Shown here: positions 1-9,719 of the stretch, one piece after another | Layout of the letters: every line of letters begins with the position of its first letter | Numbering within the stretch: the first letter of the stretch is position 1 | From: an uncultured Desulfarculus sp. | GTDB taxonomy: Bacteria; Desulfobacterota; Desulfarculia; Desulfarculales; Desulfarculaceae | Direction: 5' to 3' | DNA length: 64,000 nucleotides | NCBI GenBank assembly: GCA_963665125.2 | Contig: CAXXUK010000001.1 | Coordinates: 1,888,001-1,952,000 of the forward strand | The notes under the pieces: model-generated | Databases searched by the model: none | The model's input: the letters and a program-made list of their open reading frames with translations, nothing else | What the model was told of the DNA's origin: nothing | Made by a program: the position numbers and the translations under genes

Positions 1-640
1 GCATACCGCCCTTGAGCCGGGCCAGGGCCGAGGAAGATGCAGTGCTTTCGCTTCTAAGCACCACGAATTGGTTGGGCAGCAGGCCCCATTCCGGCGATAC
101 GGCCAGTCCCCTGTCGCGGTAAAAGGCGTCCATGTCCGCCTGGGAGACGACTATCTCGGCCACGCCGCCGTAGAGATGGCGGAAGTCCACCTTGTCGTTG
201 ACCAGGTCGTCGGCGGTCACGCCGAGCAGGTCGGACTTGACCCGCAGGTTTAGGTCTTTGGAGACCAGGGTCACATGGCCGTCTTTGCCGCTATGGGCCA
301 GGTTCAGGGCAACGGCCAAAATGCGGTTATCAGGTTTACTGAAGTCCAGGACATCCAGTTCGGGGGGCAACTGTTCCACGCTACGGTGGTTTATCTCGAT
401 GCGCAGGGTTCCGCCGGTTTCCAGGTCCACGCCCTTGGACAAGGCGCCTTGGGCGCGCATGGCGTCGAGATAGCGGGACACCTCCCTGGCGTTGCGCCCT
501 ATCTCGTCCTGGCGTTTCTTTTGGGCGTCGATTTCCTCGATTACGGCCAAGGGAATGACAACGTTGTTTTCTTCGAATACAAAAATGGAACGGGGATTGT
601 GCAGCAGGACGTTGGTGTCAAGAACAAAGGTTTTTTTCAT
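1..640 (-). CDS. PhoH-family protein with N-terminal PIN domain (PhoH2-like), 3' end runs off the window
   Basis: Manual translation from ATG at 640: MKKTFVLDTNVLLHNPRSIFVFEENNVVIPLAVIEEIDAQKK...DNRILAVA...LVSKDLNLRVKSD, the PIN domain of PIN-PhoH proteins. Absent from the ORF track because no stop lies in the window. Confidence 0.88.
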   Translation of the reverse strand, partial: MKKTFVLDTNVLLHNPRSIFVFEENNVVIPLAVIEEIDAQKKRQDEIGRNAREVSRYLDAMRAQGALSKGVDLETGGTLRIEINHRSVEQLPPELDVLDFSKPDNRILAVALNLAHSGKDGHVTLVSKDLNLRVKSDLLGVTADDLVNDKVDFRHLYGGVAEIVVSQADMDAFYRDRGLAVSPEWGLLPNQFVVLRSESTASSSALARLKGGM

Positions 641-873
641 TTCGGTCCGGCACCCTTCCGCTAGAGGCACGCCGTTTCAATTCACCGCCGATCTCCATGG
701 GGGAATAGGCGACGCCACGGCGCGCGCGGTTAAAGATTGCGCCCGGTTTTCCATTATGTTGCACCACGCGGCACCGCGCCGTTGCCCGGAAAACGGACAA
801 AGCGAGATAAAGGCCGCCTGGATTTTCGCGGTTGAAAGTCCCCGGCGCTGGTGTGACGCGCCGGGCTGTGTGT

Positions 874-898
874 GGAGCGGCCCGTTTCCGGCCGCTCC
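874..898 (-). terminator. GC-rich hairpin downstream of the DUF5989 gene
   Basis: GGAGCGGCC-N7-GGCCGCTCC; no clear U-tract. Confidence 0.35.
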
Positions 899-908
899 GG
901 CGGGTATT

Positions 909-1067
909 TTAGAACAGGGCATAAATAAACGGCGCCACTGCCGATCCCTGCGTCAGGACGATCAAGGCCCCGAGCAGAACAAGCATTACGACGATGGGTA
1001 GAAGCCAAAACTTCTTGGTTTCCCGCAGAAACCCCCAGAACTGCCCCAATACGGAAAGTTTTCCCAC
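909..1067 (-). CDS. 52-aa DUF5989/SxtK-like small membrane protein
   Basis: GTG start with AGGAG RBS; MGKLSVLGQFWGFLRETKKFWLLPIVVMLVLLGALIVLTQGSAVAPFIYALF. The C-terminal APFIYxLF motif is typical of the family, and the gene follows an SxtJ-like gene. Confidence 0.88.
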   Translation of the reverse strand: MGKLSVLGQFWGFLRETKKFWLLPIVVMLVLLGALIVLTQGSAVAPFIYALF

Positions 1068-1116
1068 CGGTGAAACTCCTTACCGGTAAAAGCCCTAGGA
1101 GGGCTGTCATCACACG

Positions 1117-1545
1117 CTAATACATCTTCTCGCTGGATGCCGGGTCGTACTCCTGTTGCGGCCTGACGTGCCAGTAGGAGTCGCGGTCGCGCATTTTGCG
1201 ATCCAGCAGGTCCTTGCCAAAGAGCTTTAGCATCAAGCCCGTGGGCGTCAGCACAAGATAATACAGGATCGACAGCAATAAACGCGAGACAAACCAGCCC
1301 AGGACCAGGGCCAGGGTCATCCATACCCGGTAAACCGGTTTAAGGCCCGCGGGCCATACAAAGCCCCAAATGCCGAACAACACGCCCGCGCCAACCGCGT
1401 ACGGTCCCCAGGCGCGGCCGCCCCACCAAGCCAAGCCGCCGATGAGACCCAGGGCAACCAGAAAAACGATGCCCAGATTACGCAGATCCTTGCGCTGGGG
1501 ATCGAGTTGGCTCAGTTCGTCTTTTACGTCGCTGATAAAACCCAT
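1117..1545 (-). CDS. SxtJ-family membrane protein
   Basis: Three hydrophobic segments, 'VWMTLALVLGWFVSRLLLSILYYLVLTPTG...DLLDRK...SYW' signature; directly after the carbamoyltransferase. Confidence 0.8.
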   Translation of the reverse strand: MGFISDVKDELSQLDPQRKDLRNLGIVFLVALGLIGGLAWWGGRAWGPYAVGAGVLFGIWGFVWPAGLKPVYRVWMTLALVLGWFVSRLLLSILYYLVLTPTGLMLKLFGKDLLDRKMRDRDSYWHVRPQQEYDPASSEKMY

Positions 1546-1551
1546 GGTCGG

Positions 1552-3369
1552 CTAATCCAATTCAAACTCTTGGCGCCAGTCGCCTTCTTCTTTCCATTCG
1601 GGCTGGGCTGTCTTGTCCAGCAGGAATGGACCCAGGGCCAGGTAATCCATCTCGGTGCGCATAAAGCAGGTGTAGGCATGTTCGGGCGTGCAGACGATGG
1701 GCTCGCCGCGCACGTTGAAGCTGGTGTTGACGATGGTGCCGCACCCGGTGAGTTCTTCCATGGCCTTGAGCAGACGGTAGTACATGGGGTTGGTCTGTTC
1801 ATGCACGGTCTGAATCCTGGCTGAATAGTCCACGTGGGTCACGGCCGGAATCTCCGAACGCACCACGTTGAGTTTTTGGATGCCGAAGAGCTTTTGTTCG
1901 TCTTCGGTCATGGCCCGGCGGATTTCCGGCCTGACCCCGGCCACCAGCAACATGTAGGGGCTGGCGCCGTCCATTTCAAAGTAATCGCCGACCCGCTCGG
2001 CCAATACGGACGGCGCGAAGGGCCTGAACGACTCGCGGTATTTGATCTTGAGGTTCATCACCGACTGGATGCGCGGGCTGCGGGCGTCGCCGATGATCGA
2101 GCGCGCCCCCAAGGCCCGTGGTCCGAACTCCATGCGGCCCTGGAACCAGCCGATGACCTTTTCACCGGCGATCAGCGAGGCCACCCGTTTGGTGATGCCG
2201 TCGTAGCCGACGTTTTCGTAAGGTATGCCGCGCTCGGTGAGGAAACGCTCCACCTGCTGCTCGTTAAAGCCCGGCCCCAGATACGAGCCGAACTGGCAGT
2301 CGAATTTGTCGTCGGCCTGGCGCGGGTTGTCCAGATATTGATGCCAGGCGAACATTGCCGCGCCCAAGGCGCCGCCGGCGTCGCCCGCCGCTGGCTGAAT
2401 CCAGATATCCTCAAAGGGGCCTTCGCGCAACAGCTTGCCGTTGGCCACGCAGTTGAGGGCCACGCCTCCGGCCATGCATAGGTATTTTTCACCGGTTTGG
2501 GCGTGGATATGCCGGGCCGTGCGCATGACCACCTCTTCGGTGACCTTTTGCACGCTGGCCGCCAGGTCCATCTCCCGCTGGGTCAGCGGCGATTCGGGCT
2601 TGCGCGGCGGTCCGCCAAACAGCTTGTCGAACTTGCTGTTGGTCATGGTCAGGCCCTGGCAATAGTTGAAATAGCTCATGTCCAGCTTGTATGAGCCGTC
2701 CTCCTTGAGGTCCATCAGCTTGTCGAGGATCACGTCCACGTACTTGGGATCGCCATAAGGCGCCAAGCCCATGATCTTGTATTCACCGGAATTGACCTTA
2801 AAACCCGTAAAATAGGTGAAGGCCGAATACAACAGGCCAATGGAGTGGGGAAAACGGATCTCGGCCCGGATGTCGATCTTGTTGCCGTCGCCCACGCCCC
2901 AGGAGGTGGTGGTCCACTCGCCCACGCCGTCCAGGGTCAGGAAGGCCGCCCGCTGGTACGGCGAGCTGAAAAAGGCCGACGCGGCATGGGACTGATGATG
3001 CTCGGGGAAGATTATCTTGCCCTCGTAGCCCAGTTCCTTTTGGATCACGTCCGGCAGCCACAGCTTCTGACGGATCCACAGGGGCATGGCCATCAAGAAC
3101 GACTTGATGCCCGACGGGGCATAGGCCAGATACGTTTCCAACAGGCGGTCGAACTTTGTCAGCGGCTTGTCGTAGAACGCCACCAAGTCGAGATCGGCCG
3201 CCGTGAGCCCGGCCTGTTTCAAACAGAACCGGGCCGCCTTTGCCGGAAAATTATGATCGTGTTTTACCCGTGTCCAGCGCTCTTCCTGTCCGGCGGCCAC
3301 AATGCGGCCGTCTTGCACCAGGCATGCTGCGGAATCGTGGTAATAACCTGATATGCCGAGAATATTCAA
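1552..3369 (-). CDS. O-carbamoyltransferase (NodU/CmcH/SxtI family)
   Basis: ILGISGYYHDSAA, HHQSHAASAF, DGVGE, GEYKIMGLAPYG, GGVALNCVAN, GRMEFGPRALGARSI, NTSFNVRGEPIV; TTG start. Confidence 0.95.
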   Translation of the reverse strand: MNILGISGYYHDSAACLVQDGRIVAAGQEERWTRVKHDHNFPAKAARFCLKQAGLTAADLDLVAFYDKPLTKFDRLLETYLAYAPSGIKSFLMAMPLWIRQKLWLPDVIQKELGYEGKIIFPEHHQSHAASAFFSSPYQRAAFLTLDGVGEWTTTSWGVGDGNKIDIRAEIRFPHSIGLLYSAFTYFTGFKVNSGEYKIMGLAPYGDPKYVDVILDKLMDLKEDGSYKLDMSYFNYCQGLTMTNSKFDKLFGGPPRKPESPLTQREMDLAASVQKVTEEVVMRTARHIHAQTGEKYLCMAGGVALNCVANGKLLREGPFEDIWIQPAAGDAGGALGAAMFAWHQYLDNPRQADDKFDCQFGSYLGPGFNEQQVERFLTERGIPYENVGYDGITKRVASLIAGEKVIGWFQGRMEFGPRALGARSIIGDARSPRIQSVMNLKIKYRESFRPFAPSVLAERVGDYFEMDGASPYMLLVAGVRPEIRRAMTEDEQKLFGIQKLNVVRSEIPAVTHVDYSARIQTVHEQTNPMYYRLLKAMEELTGCGTIVNTSFNVRGEPIVCTPEHAYTCFMRTEMDYLALGPFLLDKTAQPEWKEEGDWRQEFELD

Positions 3370-3461
3370 TCGCCGCCTCTAGCCTCTCTGAAAATAGGAG
3401 TGCAGCAATCCTTTTTAACAAAAAAAACGGTATTGTCAAACAACGGCCAGGTTACAACGCC

Positions 3462-4259
3462 TTATTTCATCTTTTTCAGATAGTCTTTGGCGATTTTGGC
3501 TTGGCTGCTCTTGGGGTATTCCTTCGCCAGCTTGTTCAACACGATCTTTGCCGTGCGTTTGTCGCCCAAGGCGGAAAAGGCCAGGCCCTGTTTGAGCAAT
3601 GCCGCCGGCACTTTCTGGCTCTTGCTGTACTTTTTAATGACCTGATTATAGGCCAATATCGCCTCTTCAAAGCGCTTTTGGCTATAGTAGGTCTCACCGA
3701 TCCAGAAACTTGTCGAAGCGCCGTAGGCACTCTTGGGATAGGTGGCCAGCAGATTTTCCCAAGTGCTGCGGGCAGCGTCAAACTGCTTTTTCTGGTAGAG
3801 CGTGGCGGCCGTTTCGTACATCTGCTTGTCGCTGGGTTTTTCGTCCTTTTTTGCGGTCTCCGGCGTTGCGGCTGCGCCCGGTGTCGCCGCCGCGGCCTTG
3901 ATGCCCAACAGCCCCTCGACTTTGGCCAACCGGTCGCCCAGGGTTGCACGCTCGGCCTTGGCCTGGCCTTCCTGATCGGCATTTTTCAGGCTGTGAGCGG
4001 TCTCGTCCATTTGCCCGCGCATCTGGGCCAATTCCCGCTGCATGGCCGTAAGGTCGGAGGCCAAGCTGGCCTGGGGCTGGCGCTGAGCCTCCATCTGGGT
4101 CTGCATGGCGTCGACCTTTTGCTTCAGCTTGCCCAGTTGATCCTGATTGGATCGCACCACGCCCTGCAAGGCGACAAAGTCTTCCTTGGTGATTGTAACG
4201 CAGCCTGCCGAAAGGGCCACCCCGCAGACGATGGCGATCGCGGCTAATTTTTTTATCAT
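3462..4259 (-). CDS. cpoB: Tol-Pal system protein CpoB/YbgF (lipoprotein)
   Basis: Lipobox LSAGC, coiled coil, C-terminal TPR (FWIGETYYSQKRFEEAILAY, ALLKQGLAF); follows pal. Confidence 0.9.
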   Translation of the reverse strand: MIKKLAAIAIVCGVALSAGCVTITKEDFVALQGVVRSNQDQLGKLKQKVDAMQTQMEAQRQPQASLASDLTAMQRELAQMRGQMDETAHSLKNADQEGQAKAERATLGDRLAKVEGLLGIKAAAATPGAAATPETAKKDEKPSDKQMYETAATLYQKKQFDAARSTWENLLATYPKSAYGASTSFWIGETYYSQKRFEEAILAYNQVIKKYSKSQKVPAALLKQGLAFSALGDKRTAKIVLNKLAKEYPKSSQAKIAKDYLKKMK

Positions 4260-4292
4260 ATCAATCCCCATATAGGTCAATGACAGCCCCGG

Positions 4293-4832
4293 CTACTTTA
4301 TTATGAAGTGGGCCCGGCGGTTGGCGGCATAGGCCTCTTCGGTATGGCCAAGCACCAACGGCTTTTCCTCGCCGTAGCTGACGACTTCTATGCGCTGGGG
4401 GGTCACGCCCATGGCAATGAGGTACTGTTCACAGGAGCGGCCGCGCTTTTCACCAAGAGCCAGGTTGTATGCATTGGAACCCCGTTCGTCGCAGTGCCCT
4501 TCGACGATGATCATCACTTCGGGGTGCTGGGTCATGTACTGGGCCTTGTCGTTCAAAAGCTGCTTGGCCTCGGCCGACAGATCATAGCTGTCATAATCAA
4601 AGAAGATGTCCTGGTTTTCAAAGACTTCGCGCAGGGACTGCTCGCTGGTGCGTGCCTGTTCCTCGGTCAAACGCGCCTCGCGCAGGCGTCTTTCCCGCTC
4701 GGCGGCCAGACGAGCCTGCTCATCGGCGGTCATGGATCCCGGCCCGGCCACTTTCTCCTTGGCGCAACCGGCCACCATACCCAGGCTCATGCACAGAGCC
4801 GCCACTAGAACCAACATTACAAATTTTTTCAC
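4293..4832 (-). CDS. pal: peptidoglycan-associated lipoprotein Pal
   Basis: GTG start after AAGGAGG; lipobox VAGC; IFFDYDS, EGHCDERGSNAYNLALGEKRG, NRRAHF. Confidence 0.95.
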   Translation of the reverse strand: MKKFVMLVLVAALCMSLGMVAGCAKEKVAGPGSMTADEQARLAAERERRLREARLTEEQARTSEQSLREVFENQDIFFDYDSYDLSAEAKQLLNDKAQYMTQHPEVMIIVEGHCDERGSNAYNLALGEKRGRSCEQYLIAMGVTPQRIEVVSYGEEKPLVLGHTEEAYAANRRAHFIIK

Positions 4833-4867
4833 TTTGCGGCCTCCTTTATCCGGCAAACGGTTCGTTA

Positions 4868-6172
4868 TCATTTCACAACACCCGGCGGCGACCAGGCCGG
4901 GGCGGTTTGATCGCCCTGCAGACTGGTCAGCCGTTTGATGGGCTGTCCTTCATACGTGATGACATATATCTGGTAGCGGCCCGTATTCCGGCCGGCATAT
5001 GCTATGAGCCTGCCGTCGGGCGACCAGGTCGGTTCTTCGCAGGCACTCAGGCCGCTGGTCAGCACCCTCGTATCCGAGCCGTCTGCCCGGATGGTGCATA
5101 TCTGAAAGATGCCGTTTATCTCCGCCTGGAAGGCTATCAGATCCCCCTTGGGCGACCATGCCGGAGAGGCGCAGTATTTGAGGCTGTAGGTCAGGCGCTG
5201 AACCTGGCCTGAGGCGAGATCCAGAATATATATCTGGGGAGAACCTCCCCGGTCGGAGACAAAGGCCATTTTCTTGCCGTCCGGCGAAAAGCTCGGGTCC
5301 ACTTCGATGCCCCAGCCGTTGGTCAGGCGCTTGAGTTCCCTGCCCGTCTGGTCCACCAGAAAGATATTTGTCTTGCCGGTGTGGCTCATTGCCACGGCCA
5401 GGTTGCCGGAGCCGGGCTGAAAGGCCGGGGTGATGTTCACTCCGGGCTTGTCCACCGCCACCCTTCCCGATCCTCCCCGGAGCGAATGCAACAGGACCAC
5501 GGGCCTGCGCCGGACATAGGAGGTGTAGGCCAGCAACTGCCCGTCGCGGCTCCAGGCCGGATAGAGGCAGATGTCTCCGCGGTTGGTCACGGCCTTGATG
5601 TCGCTGCCGTCATAGCGCATGACCATGATTTCCTTATGGCCGCTTTTGGTGCTGACAAAGGCGATCATGGTGCTGAACACCGAGCGTTCGCCGGTGACCG
5701 CGTGCATGATCTCGTCGGCGAACCGGTCCATCATGTCCGGCAGCATTGCCACAGTACCGCCGTATTCCACGCCCACCAGCCGCTTGCCCTCGACAACGTC
5801 GTACAAGCTGCAATGCAGGGTCAGTTCATCGCCCTGGCGCTTGTATTCGCAAGCCACCAGTAACTCCGCGCCGATAACCGACCAGCGGCGGTACTGGACC
5901 GCCCCGATTTTGGGTATTCCCAAAAAGCCCTTGGGATTGAGAAAATCGAACAGGCCCGTAAAGCTCAGGTTTTTCTGAAGGATTCTGGTGCCGTCACCCC
6001 CCGCGGCATCGGTCGCCGTGCCATCCATGGGTTGGAACTCGGGCAAGGCGATGGGCAGCTTGCGGCTGAACGGCTGGGTGATGTCGATATAGACCCGGGC
6101 CCAGGCCGGAGCGGAGCATAAAACCACGGCCAAAACGGCCGTCAGCATCATTAATTTGGTCAATGGGCGCAT
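4868..6172 (-). CDS. tolB: Tol-Pal beta-propeller protein TolB
   Basis: PD40 repeats (PAWSRDG, PSFSPDGKK, PAWSPKG, PTWSPDG); operon context. Confidence 0.93.
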   Translation of the reverse strand: MRPLTKLMMLTAVLAVVLCSAPAWARVYIDITQPFSRKLPIALPEFQPMDGTATDAAGGDGTRILQKNLSFTGLFDFLNPKGFLGIPKIGAVQYRRWSVIGAELLVACEYKRQGDELTLHCSLYDVVEGKRLVGVEYGGTVAMLPDMMDRFADEIMHAVTGERSVFSTMIAFVSTKSGHKEIMVMRYDGSDIKAVTNRGDICLYPAWSRDGQLLAYTSYVRRRPVVLLHSLRGGSGRVAVDKPGVNITPAFQPGSGNLAVAMSHTGKTNIFLVDQTGRELKRLTNGWGIEVDPSFSPDGKKMAFVSDRGGSPQIYILDLASGQVQRLTYSLKYCASPAWSPKGDLIAFQAEINGIFQICTIRADGSDTRVLTSGLSACEEPTWSPDGRLIAYAGRNTGRYQIYVITYEGQPIKRLTSLQGDQTAPAWSPPGVVK

Positions 6173-6194
6173 AAATCAACCACTCGCGATCTTT

Positions 6195-7013
6195 CTAGCC
6201 TCCGGCCTCGTCCGGACGGAAGCGTATGCCTACTTCATGGGTGGCACCGGGGTATCCGCCCGGCAGGGGCGGATACGGCGCGGCCTTTTCCACGGCGCGC
6301 AGGGCCGACTGGTCCAGGCGGACGTTGCCCGAGCTTTCCTCCAGCCAGCATTTTTCCAATGTGCCGTCCCGCCGGATGCGCAGGGTCACCACGGCCATGC
6401 GGCCCCTGGTGTTGCCGGTAAGGGCCTCGGGCAGGTTCCAGGAGCGTCTGATCCGCTCCCAAAGCTCGGTGTAATATAACTGGAACCGCGCTGACATCTC
6501 GTCGCCGCCGCCGGGCCGGGCATAGGCCCCGCCGCCGGCCGCGGCCGAGCCGACCTTGCTTTCGACCTTGTTCAAAGCCGCCGCCAACTGCTGCTCCTGC
6601 TTTTGCTTGCTCTGCATGCTCGCCAGGCGCTGGGCCAAGATTTTATCCGGATCCGGTTCGGTTTTTTTCTTTTTGCGCTCAATGCGCGTGGCCGTTTTTT
6701 TGGTGCCGATGGCCACCTTGGGCTCTGGTTTTGGTTTGGGTTTGGCCACCGGCTTGGGCGCGACCTTTGGTTCGGCCTTTTTAGGCGGCGCTGGTTTGGC
6801 TGCCGCCGGTTGTGGAGCCCCGGCCGCGGGCAGCGGCGGCGCGGCCACCAGGGAGACCTGATACGTGGGGGCGAAGAATATGCGTTTTTGCCCGCCCGAC
6901 GGCCAGATGATAACGGCGGCGATTATCAACAGGTGCAGGCCCAGGCTCACGGCCACGGCCCATCCAAACTGATCTCCGTTTTTTGCGTTTCTTATGATCG
7001 CCGTAGCGGTCAA
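6195..7013 (-). CDS. tolA: TolA/TonB-family protein
   Basis: N-terminal TM helix with SxxLH, Pro/Lys-rich linker, TonB_C-like domain (SSGNVRLDQSALRAVEKAAPYPPLP); between tolR and tolB. Confidence 0.82.
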   Translation of the reverse strand: MTATAIIRNAKNGDQFGWAVAVSLGLHLLIIAAVIIWPSGGQKRIFFAPTYQVSLVAAPPLPAAGAPQPAAAKPAPPKKAEPKVAPKPVAKPKPKPEPKVAIGTKKTATRIERKKKKTEPDPDKILAQRLASMQSKQKQEQQLAAALNKVESKVGSAAAGGGAYARPGGGDEMSARFQLYYTELWERIRRSWNLPEALTGNTRGRMAVVTLRIRRDGTLEKCWLEESSGNVRLDQSALRAVEKAAPYPPLPGGYPGATHEVGIRFRPDEAGG

Positions 7014-7444
7014 GATTTCTTCTTCTCTGGTTTGGTGACCTTTTCCGGCTCGGTTACCATGCCCAGGTCCTTGACCCCCGCCTTGCGGGCTTCGGCCATG
7101 ACCTGCACCACCACGCCATAGGGCACGTCCTTGTCGGCGCGCAGGTAAACACGGATACCTTTTTTACGGGTAGTCACGTTCTTGAGTTTTTCGGACAAGT
7201 CCTGGACGGGGACTTCGAATTCATCCAAATAGACCTGGCCCTGCTTGGTGACCGACAACACCAACATGTCGTCGCTGGATTTGAGGGCTCCGCTGTCGGT
7301 TTCGGGCAAATCCACATCAAGACCCTGGACCATCATCGGCGCGGCGACCATGAAAATGATAAGCAGCACCAGCATGACGTCCACCAGGGGCACCACGTTG
7401 ATCTCGCCCATTACCTTGCGGCTGCTGCCGATACCGCCGGCCAC
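7010..7444 (-). CDS. tolR: TolR
   Basis: EINVVPLVDVMLVLLIIFMV; LRADKDVPYG. Confidence 0.93.
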   Translation of the reverse strand: MAGGIGSSRKVMGEINVVPLVDVMLVLLIIFMVAAPMMVQGLDVDLPETDSGALKSSDDMLVLSVTKQGQVYLDEFEVPVQDLSEKLKNVTTRKKGIRVYLRADKDVPYGVVVQVMAEARKAGVKDLGMVTEPEKVTKPEKKKS

Positions 7445-7454
7445 GATAGCGCTC

Positions 7455-8261
7455 CTATGCCCCGGCCGGACCGGATGATTCCGGCTGGCCTTGGCGGCTC
7501 ATCACTTCCAACTCCACCAGGTTCAGAAAGTCCTGGCTGAATGTGTCCATCTGGGATTCCAGCACCTGGATCCTGCGGTTGAAATGGTTAAAAAAAACAA
7601 CCGCCGGTATGGCTGCCAGCAATCCGAAAGCCGTGGCCACCAAGGCCTCGGCAATGCCGGGAGCCACGGTGGACAGGTTTGCCGTCTTCATGCTGCCGAT
7701 ATTTCGAAAGGCGTCCATGATGCCCCAGACAGTGCCGAACAGACCGATGAACGGGGCGGTGTTGGCCGTGGTGGCCAAAAAAGTCACCGTTCGGGCCAGC
7801 TTGGTCGATTCCTCGGCCAGACCCCGGCTAAGGGCCCGTTTGATGTTGGCCATCAGCGCGTGAGGCAGGCCGTCGGACCGGGATTTGCGCAGGCCCATTA
7901 CCTTTTGCAATTCAGCGTAGGCCAGGTTAAAAACAGCGGCCAGGGGACTGCCGGAAAGGTGCGCCGCCTGGGAGTTGGCGGCCGAAAGGCTTTTGGCGCT
8001 CCAAAAGGCATCCTGGAAAAGATGATTCTGTTTGGTGGCCCGCTTGATGACCAGAAATTTGGAAATGATCACGGCCCAGCTTATGACCGAAAACAAGACC
8101 AATAAAAAAAGGACAAACTTGACCACATAACCGGCATCCCAAACCAATTGCCATATGTTCATGCCGTTTCCGGCGGCGTCGGCGACTGGTTCGGCCATGG
8201 CGGCCCCTGCGGTCAATGTAATTGCTACAGTAGCAATCAGTCCCAAGATGTAGTTGATCAT
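7455..8261 (-). CDS. tolQ: TolQ
   Basis: APFIGLFGTVWGIM, VAPGIAEALVATAFGLLAAIPAV; start placed at ATG 8261 (AGGGG RBS). Confidence 0.93.
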   Translation of the reverse strand: MINYILGLIATVAITLTAGAAMAEPVADAAGNGMNIWQLVWDAGYVVKFVLFLLVLFSVISWAVIISKFLVIKRATKQNHLFQDAFWSAKSLSAANSQAAHLSGSPLAAVFNLAYAELQKVMGLRKSRSDGLPHALMANIKRALSRGLAEESTKLARTVTFLATTANTAPFIGLFGTVWGIMDAFRNIGSMKTANLSTVAPGIAEALVATAFGLLAAIPAVVFFNHFNRRIQVLESQMDTFSQDFLNLVELEVMSRQGQPESSGPAGA

Positions 8262-8289
8262 ACAAGCCCCTATCGCATTATATGGTGGC

Positions 8290-8318
8290 ACTATATCCTT
8301 GGGTGTAGTCAAAGTCAA
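8290..8318 (-). promoter_or_regulatory. sigma70-type promoter of the tol-pal operon
   Basis: Minus strand TTGACT-17-TATAGT about 30 nt upstream of tolQ. Confidence 0.6.
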
Positions 8319-8388
8319 GGCGGCGTTTGGGCCAAAAATGTTTTATAATGTTGACGTTTTGAAACAAAAAAATCTTACGGGGGTCCTT

Positions 8389-9042
8389 TTGGGAAATAGC
8401 GACATCAAGGCCATCTTCATGGATCTGGACGGAACTCTGGCCGACAGCATGGCCACAATGGGCAAGGTTTTTCAGCGTTTTTTGGAACTGAAAAAAATAG
8501 ACGCCCGCCCGGCGGATTTCCGGCATCTGCGGGGCAAACCTTTGGACGCATTGTTGAAAGTATTCAGGGAACAATACGGAATCGAATATTCCGAATTGCA
8601 ACTCGTCAATGAATTCTATGACTTGGCTGACGAAGTCTATGCCGAGCAAACCGTGCCCATGCCCGGGGCCAGCAGGTTGATCCACGGCGCCAGCCAGCGC
8701 GGCGTTCAACTTTTCATCGTCACCTCGGCCCGCGGCACGGTGGTCAGAGACTTTTTAAAAACCCATGGCTTTGATCCGTTCATAAAGGGCGTGATCGCGG
8801 CCGAGGATGTCTCCATCCAGAAGCCCGATCCCCAGCCCTATTTGGCGGCCCTTGATCTGGCTGGCCTGACGGCGGCCCATGGCTTGGCCGTCGAGGATTC
8901 CATTGTGGGATCGCTATCAGCCACCAGGGCCGGGCTGGCCACCTGGATCATGGCCCCCAAGGGATATTCGGAGGTGGACCCGGCCACACCTGGCGTTCAG
9001 GGCTTTGTAAAACGGCTGGACGAACTGATAGACCTGCTTTAG
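8389..9042 (+). CDS. HAD-superfamily hydrolase (subfamily IA)
   Basis: FMDLDGTLADS, VTS, KPDP, VEDS motifs; start uncertain (TTG 8389 after GGGGG; ATG 8338 possible). Confidence 0.85.
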   Translation: MGNSDIKAIFMDLDGTLADSMATMGKVFQRFLELKKIDARPADFRHLRGKPLDALLKVFREQYGIEYSELQLVNEFYDLADEVYAEQTVPMPGASRLIHGASQRGVQLFIVTSARGTVVRDFLKTHGFDPFIKGVIAAEDVSIQKPDPQPYLAALDLAGLTAAHGLAVEDSIVGSLSATRAGLATWIMAPKGYSEVDPATPGVQGFVKRLDELIDLL

Positions 9043-9191
9043 CAGACAACCCCAATCCCGGCAATCCGTCGACCGGCCGCGGCTGAGCGCGCCGTTCATC
9101 CCTTCGAGCCCTTAACCGCTCGGTGCACGTCATGCTTTTATCTCAGTGAAATCGCTACGAATTGTTTTTTAAGCCAAAGACATATGCGGAG

Positions 9192-9578
9192 TCAGGTTCC
9201 GAACAGCCACTCCACCGCTTGGTCCACGTCGGTGAAGACTTGATGCTCCCAATGGATGCTTTCCTGCAAAAGCTGCTCGTACATGCGGCTCAGGCCATAG
9301 ATATGCCGGGAGTCCGCCACAAGGGCTGTCCGGCCCTGGGGCCTGATTTTTTTAGCGGCGCGGTGCCTGGTGACATCGGCCATCGACCAAATCAAATCTC
9401 CGGTGTCATCGGACGATTCAACCTCGCGGATGTCCCACAGGTCGAAATACGGCCGTGTCAAATCGACCTGTTCCATGACTTCCAGGATTTTAGCCGAGAC
9501 ATCGTTGACCTTGAATACGCCTGCCACATGATAGCGGGTGAAATTCTTTACCCGGTCGTACTCGTATTGGATATTCAT
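9192..9578 (-). CDS. hypothetical STAS/SpoIIAA-like small protein
   Basis: LWDIREV...RTALVADSRHIYGLSRMYE...VFTDVDQAVEWL pattern; start uncertain. Confidence 0.6.
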   Translation of the reverse strand: MNIQYEYDRVKNFTRYHVAGVFKVNDVSAKILEVMEQVDLTRPYFDLWDIREVESSDDTGDLIWSMADVTRHRAAKKIRPQGRTALVADSRHIYGLSRMYEQLLQESIHWEHQVFTDVDQAVEWLFGT

Positions 9579-9719
9579 CAACCGTGACCGCAAAAATGAA
9601 GAAACTGCGCCAGTTAAAAACGTTTGGGTCATGGGGAGGCAATAGCAAATATAGCACAAGCCGATGGCCCGATTCAGGAAAATTGTTGCCCTATTGTCAC
9701 AACGAACTCGACCCGGCGA

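Noticed and set aside
641..908. Antitoxin gene upstream of PIN-PhoH
   Set aside because: No convincing small ORF with an RBS; the region holds hairpins and a likely promoter.
909..3369. Saxitoxin biosynthesis cluster
   Set aside because: Only sxtI/J/K-like genes are present; no sxtA, sxtG or other core genes, and the trio is widespread.
9043..9191. Possible ncRNA between convergent genes
   Set aside because: No recognisable RNA family motif or convincing stem structure.
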